Shown one piece after another: positions 52,095-64,000 of a stretch of DNA of 64,000 bases (positions are counted from its first letter, which is position 1; each line of letters begins with the position of its first letter). The DNA is from Mobula hypostoma (taxonomy: Eukaryota). The translations under genes were made by a program, and so were the position numbers. Below the pieces are notes generated by a model. The model searched no databases. It saw nothing but the letters and a program-made list of their open reading frames with translations, and was not told where the DNA came from. The stretch spans positions 57,352,001-57,416,000 of the forward strand of contig NC_086108.1 in NCBI RefSeq assembly GCF_963921235.1, written 5' to 3'.

Positions 52095-52595
52095 CAGAAT
52101 CAGAAACAGAATCATGTTTAATATCACGGGCATATCTCATAACATTTGTTGTTTTGCGATAGAGGAACATTGCAATTTGTAATAATAAAACAACTATAAA
52201 ATAAAAATATAGACTTAAAATTTTAAATTAAATAAGTAGTGCAAAAAGAGAGGAAAAAAGTACAGTGAGGTAACATTCACAGGTTCATTGTCCATTCAGA
52301 AAACTGATGGCGGAGAGAAGGAAGCTATACCTGAAATGTTGAGTATGTGTCTTCAGGCTCCTGTATCTCCTCCTTGATGGTAGCAATGAGAAGAGGACAT
52401 GTCCTGGACGATGGGGGCCCTTAATGATGATGCTACCTTTTCAAGGCCTTGCCTTTTGAAGATGTCCACGGTGCTGGGTAGACTAGTGCCCATGATGGAG
52501 CTGCCTGTGTTGACAACGTTCAGCAGTTTGTTTTGCTGTTCCTGCAGTGGCCCCTCCATACCAGACAGTGATGCAAGCAGTTAAGATGCTGCTGT
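52095..52595 (-). mobile_element. Rex1/Babar 3' fragment
   Basis: KLLNVVNTGSSIMGTSLPSTVDIFKRQGLEKVAS; same 3' UTR as other copies. Confidence 0.7.
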
Positions 52596-53165
52596 AATGC
52601 GGTTGCAGTTTTAAGTAGATCTTTGACATTACCTTGATGGATTGAAACATTGTAGTTATATTTTGGGTGGCTGGGAATGCAGCACGATATTAGCTTTCAA
52701 GATTTTAACCCTTTACTTAACACTTCCAGACATGGTTAAGAGTTAAAATCACATTTCTATGGGAATGGAATTGTTATTTTTCTGGTAGTGCAAAGGATTT
52801 ATGAATCAGTAGTAAATGACTAGATCAACTTCAAAGTACTTTCCAGTCAATAGAGTACTTTTAAGACATTGCCGTTCTTATGATGAAGGAAATGTTCCAG
52901 CCAATTTGCAGAATGCAACTACTGTATATCCCCTTGTCTTATAGGAACTAATAATCATTGTAAAATAAAACCAGATAAGGTTTTAAACTAACTAACAAAT
53001 CACTATCGAAGACTTTTCAGCGCTGATCAAGGACACTTTTTTCAGCTTCAGGAAAGTTGGAAAGGAAGAATATTTACAAAAGGAGTAAATAAAACATTTA
53101 TATGCTGATTAGGAATGTAATTTAGTTTGAATGCAGTTATTTCAATTTTTGAATGTACTTTATAG

Positions 53166-53344
53166 GTGGCAGTTGTGTGTGGTTCATGCACAGCTGGTGG
53201 GGCATATGTCCCAACCATGGCAGAAGAAACAGTCATAGTGGACAAGATTGGGACAATATTCCTTGCTGGGCCTCCACTAGTTAAAGCAGCAACAGGGGAA
53301 GATACTACCCCCGAGGAACTGGGAGGTGCAACTTTACATGCAAA
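53166..53344 (+). CDS. MCCC2-like, coding exon 6
   Basis: [59 protein letters not shown]; donor gtaagt. Confidence 0.95.
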
Positions 53345-53508
53345 GTAAGTACCAAGTGCAGGCCGTTCCTGGATTATGACTACCCTTTACAAACACCTGT
53401 ATATAAAAATAAGCTCTTATTATGTGATTAAATTTAAAAGTCCAACATACATACATATAATTGGCAGAACAAGTTCTCATTCGTTCTCTCTCCCTCCTCC
53501 CCCCACCA

Positions 53509-53512
<4 letters not shown>

Positions 53513-53540
<28 letters not shown>

Positions 53541-53550
53541 CCCCCCCCCC
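53513..53550 (+). repeat. (TC)n microsatellite followed by a C run
   Basis: Seen directly. Confidence 0.9.
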
Positions 53551-54239
53551 ACCTTTAGTAATTTTCTTTCTTAGCAGGTTTGCGTGCAGTTGATGCTTTT
53601 CATTACAATACTGTGGAGGGTATGGTTACCATATTGAGTGAATATTGTGTATTTCTGATTTACGGATGCCTGTAAAAACAAAACCTGTTCATGACTTGCA
53701 CATACTTTATCCTCAATATTTAGGTGCAGCCAATAGTTAATTATGGGCTGGCAAGCAATTTTTAAATATCTGTGTCAAAAACTTCAATTGCTGCTTCAGT
53801 TATTTACTTAGAAGTATTTTCCAAACATGAATTTCTCACCAAAATTATATTAAATAAATCATATGGAGAATTAATAGAATTTTCAAAAAGATTCTACAAA
53901 GTAATTTTGTAGAATTTCTAGTTCAATCACCTGTGCAAAATATGTCTTACTTTCAGAAACACCTAATAAAGCACACAAACCTGTGTAGCATTGGTTCAGT
54001 TTTTGATTTGATGCTGCAAGTGTTTGCATGTTAGGAACAGTCATTTGAAATGACAGGCCAGAAGTCCTTAAAAAATGGAAAGAAGATTAAAAGAAAAATT
54101 AATTGTGTTTTCTAAAAATAATTGACTGAAAACTAGTCAGTTTGACAAATAATTCTGAAGAAGCTGGTTTAATAAATAAATCCAACAGTCCTTTGCTTTT
54201 GTGGACCGTGATCTTCATTACTCAGAATCTGACTACTAT

Positions 54240-55770
54240 TGAGTCACGAAGTTATACAGCATGGAAACAGGTCCTCAGGGCTAACTCGTCTATGCTAACT
54301 AGGTTGTCCGTGTTTGGCCCGTATGCCTCTGTCAGAATAAGAATCAGGTTCATGATCACTGTCTTTAAATTTGTTGTTTTGTGGCAGAAGTACAGTGCAA
54401 ACATAAAAGCTACTGTAAGTTAAAATAAATAATTGTGTGAACGCAGATCAGTGAGGTAGCGTTCATGAATTGTTCAGATATTTGAAGGCAGAGGAGAAGA
54501 AATTGTTCCTAAAGCATTGAGTGTGGGTTTTCAGGCTCCTCGGAAGATAGCATGTCCTGGAGACTGAGGATCCTTAATGGATGCTACCTTTTGAAGATGT
54601 TCTCAATGGTGGAGAGGCTTGTGCCTGTGATGGAGCTGACTGAGTTTACATCCCTCTGCAGCCTTTTACTGTGCAATGCATTGGAGCCTCAATATCACAT
54701 GGTAATGCAACCAACCAGTTAGTATGTTCGTATCCATGTACTTGTCAGTGTCTTTTAAATATGGTATTAAGCATGCTTTTATAGTTTCCTCTAGCAGATT
54801 TTCCCATCTACCCAACAGCTTTAGTGAAAATTGTTGTCCCTCAGATCTCCTCTAAATCCTTCCCCTTTCAACTTGTACCTTCTAGTTTTAGACTCCCATC
54901 CCCTGGTAGAAGACTGTGGTCACTCATGTAATCCATGCCCCTCATGATTTTATATTTGCCTATAAGGGTACTCCTCAACCCGCCCCCCCCCCCCCCCCCG
55001 GGCTCCAGAGAAAAATATCCAAGCCTGTCCATTTTCTCCTTACAACTAAAACCTTCTGGTCCTAGCAATATCCTTGGGAATCTTTTCTGCACCTTTTCTA
55101 GCTTAATGATGCCCTTCTCATAGCTGGGTGAAGAGACTGGAGATCAGAATCACAAGAATCAAAGTCAGGTTTAATATCACCAGCATGTGTCGTGAAATTT
55201 GTTGTCTTTGTAGCAGCAGTACAATGTGATACATAATCGAAAAAATCCTGTCAATGACAGTAAGTATATACATGTATATTAAATAGTTAAATAAGTAGTA
55301 CAAAAATAGAAATAAAAAAGTAATGAGGTACTGTTCATGGGTTCAATGTCTATTCAGAAACCAGATGGCAGAGGGAAAGAAAATGTTTCTGAATCATTGA
55401 GTATGTGCCTTCAGACTTCTGTACCTCCTTCCTGATGGTAGCAATGAGAACACGGCACGGCCTGGGTGGTGGTGTTCCTTAATGAAGCACGCTGTTTTTT
55501 GACGCATTGCTTCTTGAAGGTGCCCTGGATACTACAGAGGCTGGTATCCATGATGTAGCTAACTAAGTTTACAATTCTCTGCAACTTACTTCGGTCCTGT
55601 GCAACAGCATTCCCCATCCCCCCCGTACCAGACAGTGATGCAGCCAGTTAGAATGCTCTCCACGGTACATCTGTAGAAATTTGCAAGTGTCCTGGTGATT
55701 TACCAAATCTCCTCAAACTCCTAATGAAGTATAGCCGTTGTCGTGCCTTTTTTGTAGCTGCATCGATAGG
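54240..55770 (-). mobile_element. Cluster of Rex1/Babar and CR1 3' fragments
   Basis: QKRFPRILLGPEGFSCKEKMDRLG (CR1-like); GNAVAQDRSKLQRIVNLVSYIMDTSL (Rex1-like). Confidence 0.65.
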
Positions 55771-55831
55771 AGGTGGAGTGTAGTGGAAAGGAAGAAAGAA
55801 AAATTTTTATATGTCTGCTAAAATTGAGAAC

Positions 55832-58800
55832 GAGGAGGACTGCCCCTGTCTGCAAATGGAGTAGCAGTATTTTTGTGCTGCTCTTAGTTTCCTTTCTCTC
55901 CCCCTAGTTTAAGCTTTGAATTTAAAATTTTTACTTGCTGATTCTTGAGGGGGATCAATATGTCTATGTCTAAAAGAAGTGGGAAGAATTTACCTGAACC
56001 TAGTGATAAAGGTAATAGGAAAGGTAAGGTGCAAAAGGAAAGATCTGATGAAATGCCATCGTGGGCTGAAGATATCATTCGGACACTGAATTCAATTAAG
56101 GATCAGAATGGATCAATTAAAGATCACCTGGAAAAGAATAGTAATGAAATGAAGTCATTTCTGGGAAACTTAAAGACCTGGAAACTCAAGTTATTTCACA
56201 TGAAGAGGAATTGAAGATAACTAAGCAAAAGTTGTCTGGAGCTACAACTTGTTTGGAAAGATATCAAAATAAGATTATAGGCCTGGAAACTAGGTCTCGA
56301 TGAAGGAATATACGAATTGTTGGGCTGCAAGAAGGAGCTGAAGATGGAGATCTAACGGATTACTTTGGTAAGCTTTTCCACACTTTATTTCCTACCGTTC
56401 TGTCAAAGCCGCCTGCTATAGAAAGGGCACACAGGACGTTTATCTCGAAATTGAAGGATTCTAGTAAACAAAGATCTGTTCTGATTTGCTTTCATCACTT
56501 TAAAATTAAAGATCAAATAATGCGACAGGCAAGAATACAGAGAGTTTTTAGATTTATGGAATCTGAGCTCCGCTTTTATGAAGATTATCCAAGAGAGATA
56601 ATGGAACAAAGATCAAGGTTTGCCCTGGTAATGAAACAAGCATATGATAAAAAACTTTTTCCGTCTTTGAGGTACCTGACAAGAATTAAAATTTTTCCTG
56701 CTAATTCTCCTCCTTGTACTTTTTTTGATTCAAAAGCTGCACTGGACTTTGTTCAGGCTATACCCGCCGCTGTTACCGATGCTGCTGTCGAATGATCTAT
56801 CTGAAAGGCTGTTTGGCTATCTGTATATTATTCACATTTTGGAAAGAAGATTTATGAAGGTCAATTGTATACTTCATTGAGAGACTAATTAAAGAAGACA
56901 AGGAAAGTTGTTCATCATTGCATATTGTTGGTTTTCCTTTGGAAAGATTTATGGCTTAAGTATCTCTGTCTAAATGATCTCTGAAATTCTACGACTGAGA
57001 GAAGAAGATAAGGGGATTTGTTCCTTTAATTTAATACTTGGTTTGTTTCTTTTTTTTAATTAGCTAATTGGTAGTTTTTTTCCTACTAATAGGGCTTTTT
57101 ATATATTTTTTCTGTTTTATTATAACATTTTATAATTGAATTTAAAGCTTTTTATAGGGAATTAATATTAAACTTGAAGATGGCGCTGGTTTTTCTCTCT
57201 AAGAGATAATATTATTTTGGTTCTTTCTTGTTTATTAGTCGATGGAATGTAAGTACCTTTTTTTGCTGAGACTTTATTGTTTTTTTCACAAGGTCACTCT
57301 ACTTTTTTACTAACTGGGGGGAGGGAAAGAAACCACAGACAGGGCAGTCTGTAACTTTGAATTCTATCATAGATTGCTTGCCTTTTTCGGGTGTCCGGGT
57401 GTGGGTGGATTTAGAGTTAGGAGTTTTTTCCCATTGGGTGGTTCCGGAGTATGCGTTGTTTTTTATCTGGTTGTATTCTTCATCACCGCCATTTTTGATC
57501 ATCCTGTATTGGTATGTGCTCTGTGCATGTATAAAGTAGAATAAAATTATAGTATGGTATTTAAACTGATTAATGTAATAAAGTTGAAATGTACGTGGTT
57601 GGAATCATCCTAATAAAAGAAAAAAGACTTTTAAAATTATTAACCGATTCCAACCTGATATAATTTTTGCTGAAGAGACACATATCAGGGCGGGAGATCA
57701 AAATAGATTTTTTAGTTGGTAGAATGATTTACAATTCCACTCTACTTCTCAGAGTAAAACAAAAGGCATGTCTATTTTTATTAATCCTAATATTTTTAAT
57801 TGTTAAAGGAACAATCTAAAACAGAAAAGTTGTTTTGGTTAATTTGTATGGTCCTAACTTAGATGATCCTTCTTTTTTTAAAAAGGTATTTGCTTTACTG
57901 CCTGATTTAAATGAATATATGCTGATAATGGGTGGGGATTTTAATTGCTGCCTAAATCCTATAATTGATAAGAGCTCAACCAATCAGCGACTTCCAAATC
58001 GATCTGCGTCATTTATTAATTCCTTTTTGATTGATTTTGGTTTGATTGATTTGTGGAGGTATCTCCATCCCGATAATAGAGAATATTCTTTCTTCTCACA
58101 TATTTATAAAAAATATTCGAGGATCGATTATATTATAATCGATCCCTGCTTCTTGCCTAGTGTTAAAACTTGCGAATATGACGCTATTGCTATATCTGAT
58201 CATGCGCCTCTGAGTTTGTCTTTTGAATTTGATGATGTCATTCTTGCCCGCCCACCTTGGCGCATGTCTCAGATATTATTGCAAAATTCTGACTTTGTAA
58301 GTTTCATTGAAACCCAGATAAAAGAATTTTTTCTTTTTAATGATTTAGGGGGTATGTCTAAATTAGTTATATGGGATATATTTAAAGCATTTTTACGTGG
58401 TTAGATTATTTCTTATTCAGCTAAACTTCAAAAACAAACTAAAGCAGAATTAGATAGAATTTCAAAACAAATTAAAGATTTAGATAATACCTATACAATC
58501 TCCCCCAATACTGATTTATTTAAACAAAGGGTGGAACTTCAATCACAATATAACCTGTTATTAACTCATCCCATTGAAGGATATTTGCTTAAGTTAAAGA
58601 ACCAATTTTATATGTTTGGAGATAAAAATAATAAACTGCTTGCATCTCAATTAAAAATGGCTGCAGCCAAAAGGCAAATCATGAAAATTGGTAGGAAAGA
58701 TGGTACCTTAGCTCAGGAATATGAAGAAATTAATAAGATTTTTCAAGATTTTTATGCTGAGCTTTATAAATCTCAATGTCCATTAGATTCCTCTGAAATG

Positions 58801-61574
58801 AATGCTTTTTTACAAAAGATTATTTTTCCTAAAATCTCGGCTGAGGATCAAAAAAGTCTCGATGCTTAAATTACTGAAGCCGAAATTCATAAAACTATTT
58901 TTTCAATGCAATCTGGTAAGTCCCCAGGACTTGATGGCTATCCTGTAGAATTTTATAAAAAATTTGGAAAGTTGCTTTCTCCGTATATGTTGGAATTTTG
59001 TGAAGGGTGACTTACCCTCTACTTTTTATGAGGCTTCTATTTCTTTAATTCTTAAAAAAGATAAAGATCCTACTGACTGTGCTTCATATAGACCTATTTC
59101 ATTACTGAATGTTGACGCTAAGATTTTGTCAAAGATAATGGCCAATCGCTTGGAGAATATTTTGGGTAAAATTATTTTTAAAGATCAAACAGGCTTTATA
59201 AAGGGTCGCTATTCTTTTTCAAATGTTCGGAGACTATTTAACATTATATATTCGTCCTCTTTTAAAACTCCACAATGTGTTGTATCTTTGGATGCTGAAA
59301 AAGCATTTGACCGAGTCGAATGGAAATATTTATTCAATGTTTTAGAGAAATTTGGCTTTGGTGCTAATTTTAATAATTGGATTAAAATGATATATAAAGT
59401 CCCTATTGCTACTGTTGTCACTAACAATTGTCGGACTCCTTTTTTTCAGCTTTCACGGGGGACAAGGCAAGGTTGTCCATTAAGTCCTTTGTTGTTTAAT
59501 TTCATATTAGAACCCCTTGCTCTTCGTGAGGCTAAAAATATCCATGGGGTTTTCGTGAATGAGATCATGCATGAGGTCTCTCTTTATGCTGATGATTTAT
59601 TGGGATTATATATCTAACCCTGACGAATCCATTCCTGTCTTGCTAAAATTATTTAATGAATTCAGAGGTTTTTCAGGATATAAAATAAATTTTTTTAGAA
59701 GTGAATTGTTTCCTTTAAATGATTTTGTCTCTATATATGATAATACTCCTTTTAAAGTTACAGACTCTTTTAGATATCTAGGTATTATAATTACTGAAAA
59801 ATATAAGGATCTTTATAAAGTCAATTTTGTTCCGGTATTAGACTCTATGAAGTATTTATTTCGTAGATGGAGTCCACTTACATTTTCACTTGTTGGTCGT
59901 GTTCATATAGTTAAAATGATGATTTTACCAAAATTTTTATATTTATTTCAGAGTATTCCTGTTTTTTTGACTAGGAAGTTTTTTGATCAGATAGATTCTA
60001 TTATTTTATCTTTTATTTGAAATAGTAAAAGACCAAGAATTAGTAAATGTCATTTACAAAAATTGAAAAAGGATGGAGGTCTTGCTTTGCCTAATCTAAG
60101 AATGTATTATTGGGCTGTTAATGTGTGATATATGTCTTTTTGGTTATACTGGGTTGATAAGAGTGATCGGCCAATTTGGGTAGACCTGGAACTGAAAGTT
60201 GTAAAACAGTTTTATCTAACCTCATTATTGGGAGCTCCTTTACCTATGCAATTAGTTAAAGTTGTTAATTTAATCCTATATCCTGTGATTAAGTATTCTT
60301 TACAAATTTGGCTCCAATTCTGCAATTTTTTTAATCTTAAAAAATTTAAACCTTGTAGTTTAATTTACCGAAATTACCTTTTTAAGCCTTCTTTGAGTGA
60401 TCCAATTTTTTTACTTTGGAAAAATAAAGGTATTAATTCTTTTTTGGATTTATTTAAAGAAGATAGATTGATGTCTTTTGAACAATTAATTGATAAATAT
60501 TCTCTTTCATACTCACACTTCTGCTATACCTTCAAGTTAGACATTTTTTACAAAAATATTTAAGTAATTTTCCTTACATATTGGAGGCTGACCTGTCAGA
60601 TACTATTATGAGTATGAATCCTTTGATTAAGGGTTCTATTGGAAGAATTTATAATTTATTATTACAATGGGATAAGCGTCCTTTATCTAAGATTAAACAG
60701 GATTGGGAAAAGGAACTTAATTTGACTTTTATGACGGAGGATTGGATGCGGATATTGAAGTTGTTTAACTCTTCTTCAATTTGCGCTAGCCATTCATTGA
60801 TTCAATTTAAAATTGTACATCGTTGTCATTTGACAAAGGAGAGACTTTCTAAAATCTTTTCTGATGTTAATAGTCATTGTGATAGATGTAAAACTGAGAC
60901 AGCTACACTGACACACATGTTTTGGTCTTGTTCTATATTGGAACGGTTCTGGAAGTTGTTTTTTTCAACAATTTCTAAAGCACTTAAAATTAATTTACAA
61001 CCTAATAAATTAACTGTGCATTTTGGAATAATTCCTCAAAATATTCATGGTATTTCTGTGTCTGACCAACATGTTATTGCATTTGTTACATTGATAGTTA
61101 GAAGGGCCATTTTGTTGAAGTGGAAGGATATATCAGCTCCCACTTTGTCACAATGGTTCTCTCAAGTGATGCTATGTCTTAGTTTGGAGAAAATTAGAAG
61201 TCAAACCTTTGAATCTTTATTTGATTTTGAGAAAAGTTGGGGCTCATTTGCTCATTATTATCATTTGAGTTAATTGATATAATTTTTCCACGATCTAATT
61301 GTAAATTTTTCAGTATATTTTCTTTTCTTGCTGGCGGGTTGATGTTTATTTTTAGAAGCTTTTTGTATGACGCGTGACTCCGGGGTTGTACACCTGATGG
61401 GTTCTTTTTTTTTTCTCTCACTTTTCTGCTTAGTAGGCTTTTTTTGTTATCACAAAATTTTTTTTCAATCTTTAAGATAATGTTTTTTTTGAGGCATCAT
61501 AAGTGTTGTTACTTCAATGTACTCATGTTATTTTTCCTGTATAATATAACAATAAAAAGATTTGAAAAGAAAAG
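55832..61574 (+). mobile_element. Full-length L1-clade LINE, inactivated
   Basis: 12-bp TSD aaaattgagaac (55820-55831, 61575-61586); ORF1 RNIRIVGLQEG..IERAHR..LRFYEDY; ORF2 NLYGPN, GGDFN, YSRIDY, ISDHAP, YRPISLLNVDAKILSK, SLDAEKAFDRVEW, GTRQGCPLSPLLF, LYADD, CDRC..HMFWSC; stops and frameshifts. Confidence 0.93.
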
Positions 61575-62699
61575 AAAATTGAGAACAAGCTGGAATGTGG
61601 TCTGATCAGCTATTTAATTAGAATGAAGTTGTGGGAGCAGAAAGGTCACCTGGATATGGTGAACCTGAAGAGAATGTGGGAAATGGAAACATAGCAGTGT
61701 AGATGGGGGCCAGTTTAAGTGTTGACTGAGAGGAGTTTGATGGAGGAAGGTTTTCCTTGATGGTAAGAGTAAGGGTGGATGGAGCAGAGACAACTGAAAA
61801 GGTAGTTTTAATTTTAGTAATAGATGAGTTAATGAGCTCCACACTGTTCTTGATTAGATAGACAATAATGAAAATGATTTGTGGACAATGGTAAAAAAGG
61901 AAATTACAGGGAGATCATTATTTTCTTGGTTATTGATGATTTTTGCAGAGTGAGAGGTCAAGCCTTTAATAGATTATACCTGAGTCTGTACATGAACCAC
62001 AATTACAATAAGGTGAGGTGGTAATTGAAAGAAAGAAAGAAAACATACTTGCTTATTTTACTACACCTTTTATCACCTTGGGAAACTTCAAAGCACTTTA
62101 TAGATAATTTACTACTTGTAAGGTATTGTGGCTACATGAATGTAGGAAATATGACACTTTCCACACAGCAAATGTTCATTAACAGCAATCGGATAATTAT
62201 CAGGTAATCTACTTCAGCGTATTGATTGAGGGATAAATGCTGACCAAGAAACCGGGGAAAATTTCTGTACTTCCCTTTAAAATTCTCTTCTTTTTGTATT
62301 CACTTGAGTAGGCAGTCAAGGTTGTCACTGTAATATTAACTCAAACATTGGAATACATTTGTGACACTAGAGGGCAGCCTAGATTTTTGTTTTCTGTATT
62401 CTGAAGCGGGTCATGAACTGTCTGCTGATTTCAAAAGCTAAGGTCAGCTTTAACAGTCTTCCTTGATTGATGAAGAGGAACAGAATGGGGAAAAAGGGTA
62501 AAATAATAATAATAATAACTTATTTACAGTGCACTTTTCATACAGATAATATAGTTCAATGGAATAATATACAAACAAGAAAATAGAAGAAAAAAGATGT
62601 TGGCTAAAAGCAAAGTTAAATAAATAGCCTTTGCTGGCATTTAAAAGTACCAACTAAGTCTGCATCACTTTCAGTTTTATGTATTAAATTCATAGTTCA

Positions 62700-63135
62700 G
62701 GAGTGTAGTTCAGAGAAACTCACCTTCCAATTATCTTTTGAGGGAGATAGTTTAAATTTAAGAGACTGGCAGAAGACCTAGAACTTGAGCAGGATTGTAA
62801 AATGAAAATGATTCTGTGATGTACTCTGGTCCCAGACCATTGAGAGCTTTAAAAACAAGTAAGAGAACTTTAAAATCAATTCTAAAAGTTACAGGAAGCC
62901 ATTGTAGAGTAGGTAGGACAAGAGTGATATACTTCCTCATCCTGGTTTTAGTTAGAAGTTAACAGCGGCATTCTGACTGAGTTGAAGATCCTCAATAAAT
63001 TGTTTTCGAAGGCCTGTAAAAAGTGTATTGCATTAATCCAGTCTATTTGATATAAAGCTATAAATTAGTTTTTCAGCATCATTACATGACAGAAATGGAC
63101 AAACCTTTGCAATATTTCATACGTGTAGAAATGTA
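62700..63135 (-). mobile_element. L2-clade LINE RT C-terminal fragment
   Basis: ITLVLPTLQWLPVTFRIDFKVLLLVFKALNGLGPEYI. Confidence 0.75.
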
Positions 63136-63454
63136 GTGGAGATAATATATTTGTATTTTAGTGAAACCATCATTGGGGCACTACTACATATTGTAAATTC
63201 ATGTGTCTGAAGATGTGGGGTTGACAGCATTGTCACACACTAAATCTCTGATATATTTGCTTGAGAATGGCTGACAACTGGCAGTTTTCTTCTAAACCAC
63301 CAGGCATAGACAGCATGATTCTGCTCATTATTATTTTACAATTCATTCTTTTTCCCATCCTATTATTATTCTGTTGCTTATGTTTTGAATTTAATTAGCC
63401 CTCCTCAGTCCATCATTTAAATTATACAACTGGTGATTTTTCTGTTTTTTTCAG

Positions 63455-63647
63455 GTTTAGTGGTTGCATTGATCATTTTGCAGCTACGGAGGAAGAAGCA
63501 TACAAATGTACCAGGAATATCATAGCCGGTTTAAATTTTGAACTTCCAACAAACATGCCAACTGATTTTGAAGAGCCGCTGTATGCAGCTGAAGAACTAA
63601 ATGGTCTTGCTCCAAAAGATTATGCACATACCTTAAACATTGAATTG
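63455..63647 (+). CDS. MCCC2-like, coding exon 7 (gene continues beyond the window)
   Basis: FSGCIDHFAATEEEAYKCTRNIIAGLNFELP...EEPLYAAEELNGLAPKDY...; poly-T cag acceptor, gtgagt donor; AA+G = Lys across the junction. Confidence 0.92.
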
Positions 63648-64000
63648 GTGAGTTTGTATATGCCTGAGCAGTTGGAGGTTACAAGTACTTAAGCATCCAA
63701 TGAAATAAACAGCAAAGGGAGCCTGGTTCAATTTTAGTTTGAAGTTAGTTGAACTAGGCTGAGCTAGCAATTTGAAAATCATTGCCCTGGACAGAGATTT
63801 GTTTTATTTAGTAGGAGTACCTGCTCCTGACAGGTATTTGGTAACACTTTTCTGGTATTTGCCAATATAGAAGGTGAAAATAGAATTACATAGTCAAGAT
63901 TTGAATTAATTTGGAGAGTCAAGGACTGATTATAGATACTTTGCTTAACTCAGTGTAGGGGAAACCATATCTCACAAACTTAATTGAGTTTTGGAAGATG

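Noticed and set aside
40383..63647. Assigning the symbol MCCC2 or PCCB
   Set aside because: Motifs are MCC-type rather than PCC-type, but divergence from MCCC2 as recalled is too large for a confident ortholog call without a tree

Overview
Eukaryotic, repeat-rich vertebrate DNA; the repeat families (CR1, Rex1/Babar, Penelope, V-SINE) suggest a cartilaginous fish (inference). One host gene is readable on the + strand: seven in-phase GT-AG coding exons (15786-63647, 399 codons, continuing past the window) starting in a CpG island. It encodes a biotin-dependent acyl-CoA carboxylase beta (carboxyltransferase) subunit that looks like a divergent paralog of MCCC2. It has Gly where MCC enzymes have the pocket-blocking Phe191, the geranyl-CoA-carboxylase-type state, so its substrate may differ. 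Most of the rest is decayed and nested transposable elements: Nimb-type and L1 LINEs, CR1, Rex1/Babar, L2, RTE, hAT/Buster, Tc1, BEL/Pao and LTR remnants. Penelope-like elements leave hairpin-shaped insertions with 13-15 bp target-site duplications (TSDs) and minimal hammerhead-ribozyme motifs, several on the sense strand of host introns. TE boundaries without a stated TSD are approximate. Family names and comparisons with human MCCC2 come from motif recognition and recall, not database searches.
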